Shown here in pieces: positions 56,582 through 64,000 of a DNA stretch of 64,000 nucleotides (positions are counted from its first letter, which is position 1; each line of letters begins with the position of its first letter). The position numbers were made by a program, and so were the translations under genes. The DNA is taken from assembly GCF_009914755.1 (NCBI RefSeq), contig NC_060931.1; one strand, 5' to 3'. The DNA is from the human T2T-CHM13v2.0 reference genome, Homo sapiens. The notes beneath the pieces were generated by a model, which was given only the letters and a program-made list of their open reading frames with translations, had not been told where the DNA came from and ran no database searches.

Positions 56582-56775
56582 AAGAATACTACAACTACTC
56601 AGTTGTAAACTCAGGGAAACCAAATAATCATGATGATAATAACAATCATGATAAGAGATTATTTGAGGCTCTTCAGAAGCCAGGAAGAAGAGAATTAGTT
56701 GCAACAATCAGAACACAGATGCAGCTTGTCCCCTGCTAAAGGACACTTGGGAGCACCTGAATTAACAATAATGAT

Positions 56776-57050
56776 GGCCTGATTCCGTGACACATGCCCG
56801 TAATCCCAGAACTTTGGGAGGCCGAGGTGGGCAGATCTCGAGCCCAGGAATTCGAGACCAACCTGGGCAACATGATGAAACCTTTTCTCTACAAAAAAAT
56901 ACAAAAATTAGCCAGGCATGGTGACATGCGCCTGTAGTCCCAGCTACTCGGGAGGCTGAGGAGGAAGGCTAGCTTGAGCTGGAGAGGCAAAGGTCACTGC
57001 ATCACTGCACTGCAGCCTAGGTGAGACCCTGTCTCAAAAACAAAAACAAT
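56776..57050 (+). mobile_element. AluJ
   Basis: gagcccaggaattcgagacc and gagaccctgtctc diagnostics; TSD aacaataatgat. Confidence 0.92.
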
Positions 57051-57378
57051 AACAATAATGATGATGATGATGACAGCAACAAAATAGATTCCAATGTCAC
57101 ATGCAAAAAAAAAAGAGTTTCTGAAGCTTAATTAGGATTTTCAAACTAAAAATAAAAAGCAAACAAAAAGAAACTCAAAACTTTATGGATACATTTTTAA
57201 AAAAAGGACACTGATTTAAGCACCAAGCATATATATATCAATCAAACAAGCTTTCCAAAAATACATATAATAATATATAATAATATATATTTATATATAA
57301 TATATATTTATTTTTTACATATAATACATGTTTTACATATAATAGAATTTTATGTGTAATAATATATATAATAAATAA

Positions 57379-58106
<728 letters not shown>

Positions 58107-58808
58107 CTCAGGAACCGTTTTGATTGGAATGTGAGTAACATGAAGAAGAAGGTTCTGTATGTAACTGGCTTTTTGGTGGGTGGAGTTCTTACTCTGGGGT
58201 TAGTTCCAAGGTCAGCCTGCCACTGGAGAACTCTTACATCTGGTTTGAGAGCAATTGCAAAAGAGGTGATTTGCTGGCATTTTGTGTCTAGCCACAGCAG
58301 ATAGTGATGCCTTCAGCATACCCCTCTGCAGCTGGGCCAGTGAGTCTAAAAGCTTAAACTCAAGCCTTTTAATTCACTTTTTCTGTATTCTATAGAAATT
58401 CTATTATAGAATTAATCCACCTAATATCCACTACTAAACCCCATGTCTGCTTACATTAACCTAAATAGATTCTATTAGTAGTAACTAAAGACTGTTATAA
58501 ATGAGAATAAATCAATACTTAGTGGCATGTTACAAAAGAGTGTCTGAGATGACAGAAAATGGAAAGCTCTAAAGACTTTGGGATAATAATAAGATCACGC
58601 AAAAATGGCCGACATATTTCAATGACACAAACATTCATATAAAATATTTACATATTTATTTCAAAAAGCATGGTAAACTCAAAAACTATGTAAACATATA
58701 TGTAAACCTAACGTACAATATAATGATGTAACAATTAAAATTTGAAGATATTTTATTCTTATTTTCATTTTTTTCAAGTCATATCTATTTCCATCCATTT
58801 CAATCCTA

Positions 58809-59231
<423 letters not shown>

Positions 59232-59714
59232 CTAAAATTAATTTTTTCAGAATATAATATATTGTCAATTGGCAAAAGTCAATATGTACAGAGTGAAAAT
59301 TCACCTTTCAAGTCTGTTGGATAAGCCATAAACTTCCTTCCTCAGAGGCAACCAGTGATTCTTGTTCCTTGTGTATCCTTCTAGAGATATTCCAGGAAGA
59401 CGTGAGAAAAGGCACATATAGATGTAAATATACATTCGAGGGTTTTTTCCATTTTTAAAACAAATAAATACAAATAAAATTTAAAATGATACAGTGATAT
59501 AGACTAAATAGTTCCTTTTGCTATACATTGTTCATCATTCCAACTCCATCCATAAGGGATTTTTATTTATTTCATTGTGTGCCAATGTATACACACGTCA
59601 CATATTTCATCAGCCCCTATGTGGTAACCATTTAGGAGAGAAAATGTCTCTGGCCAATTCAGGCACTACTATCCAGCTCCTTGGATGACACCCAAAGGAG
59701 AAGACATGCATTTA

Positions 59715-59960
59715 AATGTGTTAAGACAGTGGATCTTAAGTATTCTCGCCACACACATAAAACACCAAAACACAAAAATAAAAAAACAAAGGGCACAAAA
59801 AATCTTTGAGAGGTGATGGATTTGTCTCTTACCTTGAATTATACTGATGGTTTCATGGGTGCTTGCACATGTCCAAACTTGTTAAATTTTTAACATTATA
59901 TATGTGCAGCTTTTGTGTATCAGTTACACTTCAATAAGGCTATTCTTTTTTTTAAAAAAG
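59715..59960 (+). mobile_element. L1MA/MB 3' end
   Basis: gtggatcttaagtattctc...gaggtgatgga...cttcaataaggc. Confidence 0.7.
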
Positions 59961-61447
59961 GAGAATGATGTGGTTGATATTTTAGAGAAAGCCCATGTGT
60001 CTGAGGCTGGCTGCTGCCCCTCTCCTGCTCAGGAGACTACATTCTCTGAGCACCTGGGAAGGTTGTGGGTCACTCAAAAGAGTTCATAGCTCTTATCCAT
60101 TCTACTGTCATGTGCTCTCAGATGGATCTAGCCAAGGTTGTTGATAAGTCAACAGCCTGGTGAAACGGTGTCCTTCCTTAGTAACTAGTTTATCCACAAC
60201 CTTACATTTGGCAAAAGGTACTGACAGTTGGCAAACAGAAAATATAAAAGCAAAAGTGTCCTATGGCCAACATGGGTATCCACACAGGGCCTGGTCTTTG
60301 TTTTAAATAAACACTCCTAGGTTCAAGAGCTTCTGATTCGTTTATTCATTGACAAGTATTTATCTTTCACACTTTCGTCTCAAGTAACAGGTAATGAGAG
60401 TCGAAGAAAGAATACGTCATTGTCTCTTGTCTAAGATACTTAAAATTTAATGAGAAACATGCAATGGTTTAAAAACATGAAAAGGCGTAACATCAAAGTG
60501 ATGACACTCAAATATCCTAATGTATGAATATTACTTTACAAGACTGTGTCTAAGAAAGGTCACATTTGTTTCTTTTTCTAAATCAAATTATGTCTCTCTG
60601 GTAAACACTTGGCAAGACAGTGTAAGAAACTTCACCCTTGTGATGCGCATCAGCTACTAGAAAATGGGAAGCTCAGGCAATTCTCAGCCACATTCAGATA
60701 TGGGCGACTTGGATGTGTCTGAGAGACTTTCCTCTTAAGTGAGTACAGTGACCATTTCCCCTTTGAGTCCTGTCTCCTCCTTTGGGTGTCATCCAAGGAG
60801 CTGGATAGTAGAGCCTGGACTGGCCAGAGACCTACATTTTCTCTCCCAAATGGTTACCATTAAGGACGGCAGCCCCTTCCCTTTATACTTACTTGGCCCT
60901 GGTAACCACCATTCTATTCTGTTTCTAAGAGTTTGGCTATTTTAGGTACCTCATATAAGTGGAATCATGTAGTATTTGTGTTTTTGTGACAGGCTTATTT
61001 AACTTAGCATAATGTCCTCCAGGTTCATCCTTGTGGTTACAAATGTCAGGATTTCCTTCTTTTTAAGGCCGAATATTTCTTGTAAGTATATGCCATGTTT
61101 CCTTTTTCCATTCATCTGTGAGTGGACATTTGGGTTGTTTCCATTGCTTGCCTACTGTGAATAATATTTCAATGAACATGGGAGTGAAGAAATCTCCTTG
61201 AAATCCTGACTTCAATTATGTTGAATATATAATCAGAAGTGGAATTGCTGCATAGCATAGTAGTTCCATTTTTAGTTTCTTGAGGAAACTCCATACTATA
61301 TTCCATAGTAACCACCATTTTGCATTTCCACCAATAGTGTAGAATGTTTCTAATTTCTCTACATCCTTGTCAGCAGTAGTTATCTTTTGTTTTTGGATAC
61401 TTCATTGTGGTTTTGATTTGCATTTCACCAATGATTAAAAATGTTGA

Positions 61448-61708
61448 CTTTGGGAGGCCAAGGCGGGTGGATCACGAGGTCAGGAGATGGAGACCATCCT
61501 GGTTAACACGGTGAAACCCCGTCTCTACTAAAAATACAAAAAAATTAGCCGGCTGGGGTGGCAGGCACCTGTAGACCCAGCTGCTCGGGAGGCTGTGGCA
61601 GGAGAATGGCGTGAACCAGGGAGGCAGAGCTTTCAGTGAGCCGTGATCACACCGCTGCACTCCAGCCTGGGCGACAGAGTGAGACTCCGTCTCAAAAAAA
61701 AAAAAAAA
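61448..61708 (+). mobile_element. AluY, 5'-truncated
   Basis: Starts at ctttggga; ggagaatggcgtgaacc; TSD aaaaa(t)tgttga. Confidence 0.95.
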
Positions 61709-61780
61709 TTGTTGAGCATATTTTACCAGTTGACCATTTATGTGTCTTATTTAGAGAAATGTCAATCCAAATTCTTTGCC

Positions 61781-62085
<305 letters not shown>

Positions 62086-62260
62086 TCTTTGCCCATGTTT
62101 AAATCAGGTCATTTCTTCTTTTGCTATTGAGTTGTAAAAATTCCTTATATATTTTAGATATTAACCTCTTAGCAGACACATGTTTTGTGAATTTTTTATC
62201 CTATGTGGGAGGTTGCCTTTTTACTCTGTTGATTGTTTCATTTGCTGTGCAGAAGCTTTT

Positions 62261-62572
62261 TATTTTATTTTATTTTATTTATTCATTCTTTTTAAGACAG
62301 AATCTTGCTCTGACGCCCAGGCTGGAGTGCAGTGGCATGATCTTGGCTCACTGCAACTTGTCTCCCAGGTTCAAGTGATTCTCCTGCCTCAGCCCCCTGA
62401 GTAGCTGAGATTACAGACGTGAAGCACAATGCCCAGCTAATTTTTGTCTTTTTAGTAGAGACTGGTTTCACCACATTGACCAGGCTGGTTTCAAACTCCT
62501 AGCTTCATGTGATCTGCCTGCCTTGGCTTCCCAAAGTGCTAGGATTACAGGCATGAGCCATTGCGCCCAGCC
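62261..62572 (-). mobile_element. AluS
   Basis: Full length, antisense; TSD cagaa(g/a)ctttt. Confidence 0.95.
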
Positions 62573-63289
62573 CAGAAACTTTTCAGATTGACATAGTCCA
62601 ACTTCTTTATTTTTGCTTCTATTGCCCATACTTTGGGGGACTTATTCAAGACACTATTGTCTGCCCTAATGTCAAGAAGATTTTTTCTATGTTTTCTCGT
62701 AGAAGTTATACAGTTTCAGGTCTTACCTTTAAGTCTTTAATTAATTTTGAGTTTATAGGTCTTTAATTAATTTTGAGTTTTGTTTGTGTGTGCTGTAAAA
62801 TAGGAATCTCTACATTCTTTTGCATGTGGATGTTCGGTTTTCTCAACAACATTTGTTGAAGTGACTATCTTTTCCCTATTGTGTATTCTTAGCACCCTTG
62901 TCCAAGCTCAGTTGACCTAATATACGTAGGTTTGCATTTTATCACAATACTTGAAATAGCTCTAAGCTGATCAAAATAAAATGTTTCAGTCATTTGAAGA
63001 GCAGTATTTTATAACAGATCACTTGAAGTTTCCTTTGGTTCAACTAGCCTCACTTGAAATCCTCTTTGATGCTTGAAGCCTTAGTGACTTCCTGACTGGC
63101 AATGAATGCAACTGAACCCCTTCTGTTGCCAGGACTCCTAAAGGCACACATGTCTATGCTAGTCTGTCAGGGCCTGCATTCTGATTAGAGTATTCATTAA
63201 CTTGTTTCTCTCCTTGCACAGCTTTGACTAGCCAGTCATTTTTATGTGACATGAAGACTATTTTCCTTGCAAGACCTACATGTTGAAAA

Positions 63290-63800
63290 TAATCATGAAT
63301 ATATAAAAAAGGCTCTTATGAAAAATACGGACAATACCAATATTGGTGAGGATGAGAACTCAGTGAGATTCTCAAACATTGTTGATGGGAATGTAAAATG
63401 AAATAGCCAGAGTGAAAAGTTTTGGCAATATCTTCTAACACTGAATATACACATATTGTATGACCCAACAAAATGTGTCTTAAAAACAGATTTTTTTAAA
63501 AAAAAGACAGCTACAGAAATCACCATACGTAGGCATTTATAATAACTCCACATTTGAAAGTATGCAATGTATGTCAATATAAAAAATGAATAAATTGCAA
63601 TATTTTGAATAACAGAATAATATTATTCTAAAGCACTGAGACTCTAGAAACCAAAATTTCGCAATGCTCAACAGTATGTATAAATCTCACAAACATGAAC
63701 TTGAGAAAAAGAAGCCAGACGGAAAAAAGTACATACTGAATTATTTCATGTGCACACTCCTCTATATGTAATATATCATTAATACTATGCTTATATATAT
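63290..63800 (+). mobile_element. L1ME-like 3' fragment
   Basis: gacaataccaatattggtgaggatg...ttgatgggaatgtaaaatg; aatctcacaaacat..agaagccagac. Confidence 0.75.
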
Positions 63801-64000
63801 TGAAATGAGACATAGCTTCACAATTTTTAAATAGGATTGATTTAGCACTCAACTTAAAAGAGATAGAACTAAACTATTTGTCATGAAGCTACAATTTTAA
63901 AGCAATTTACATAAACTTGAAAAACTCAGTTTTCATTTTAAAGACTGAGTGTGGTGAAGACCATAGAGAGGAGCGGTGGAAACCTATCAGGAATTGAAGC

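Overview
AT-rich hominoid primate (most likely human) genomic DNA, dominated by interspersed repeats: 14 Alu/Alu-monomer copies, a full-length L1PA3/4-type LINE-1 with a 17-bp target-site duplication (TSD), many old L1M/L2/MIR fragments, a MaLR (MST) provirus, several solo LTRs and a Tigger1. I see no intact protein-coding gene; almost all ORFs in the track are repeat-derived or chance. The main non-repeat signal is a badly decayed, intron-containing type II C-type lectin receptor pseudogene (CLEC4/DCIR/Dectin-2-like) on the minus strand at ~28.4-35.8 kb, with transmembrane, neck and three lectin-domain exons. An inverted ancient duplicate of part of it lies at ~5.4-7.25 kb and shares the same L1MC insertion. 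Repeat subfamily names and reference protein sequences are recalled from memory, and all alignments were done by eye. I cannot tell whether the pseudogene is already annotated.
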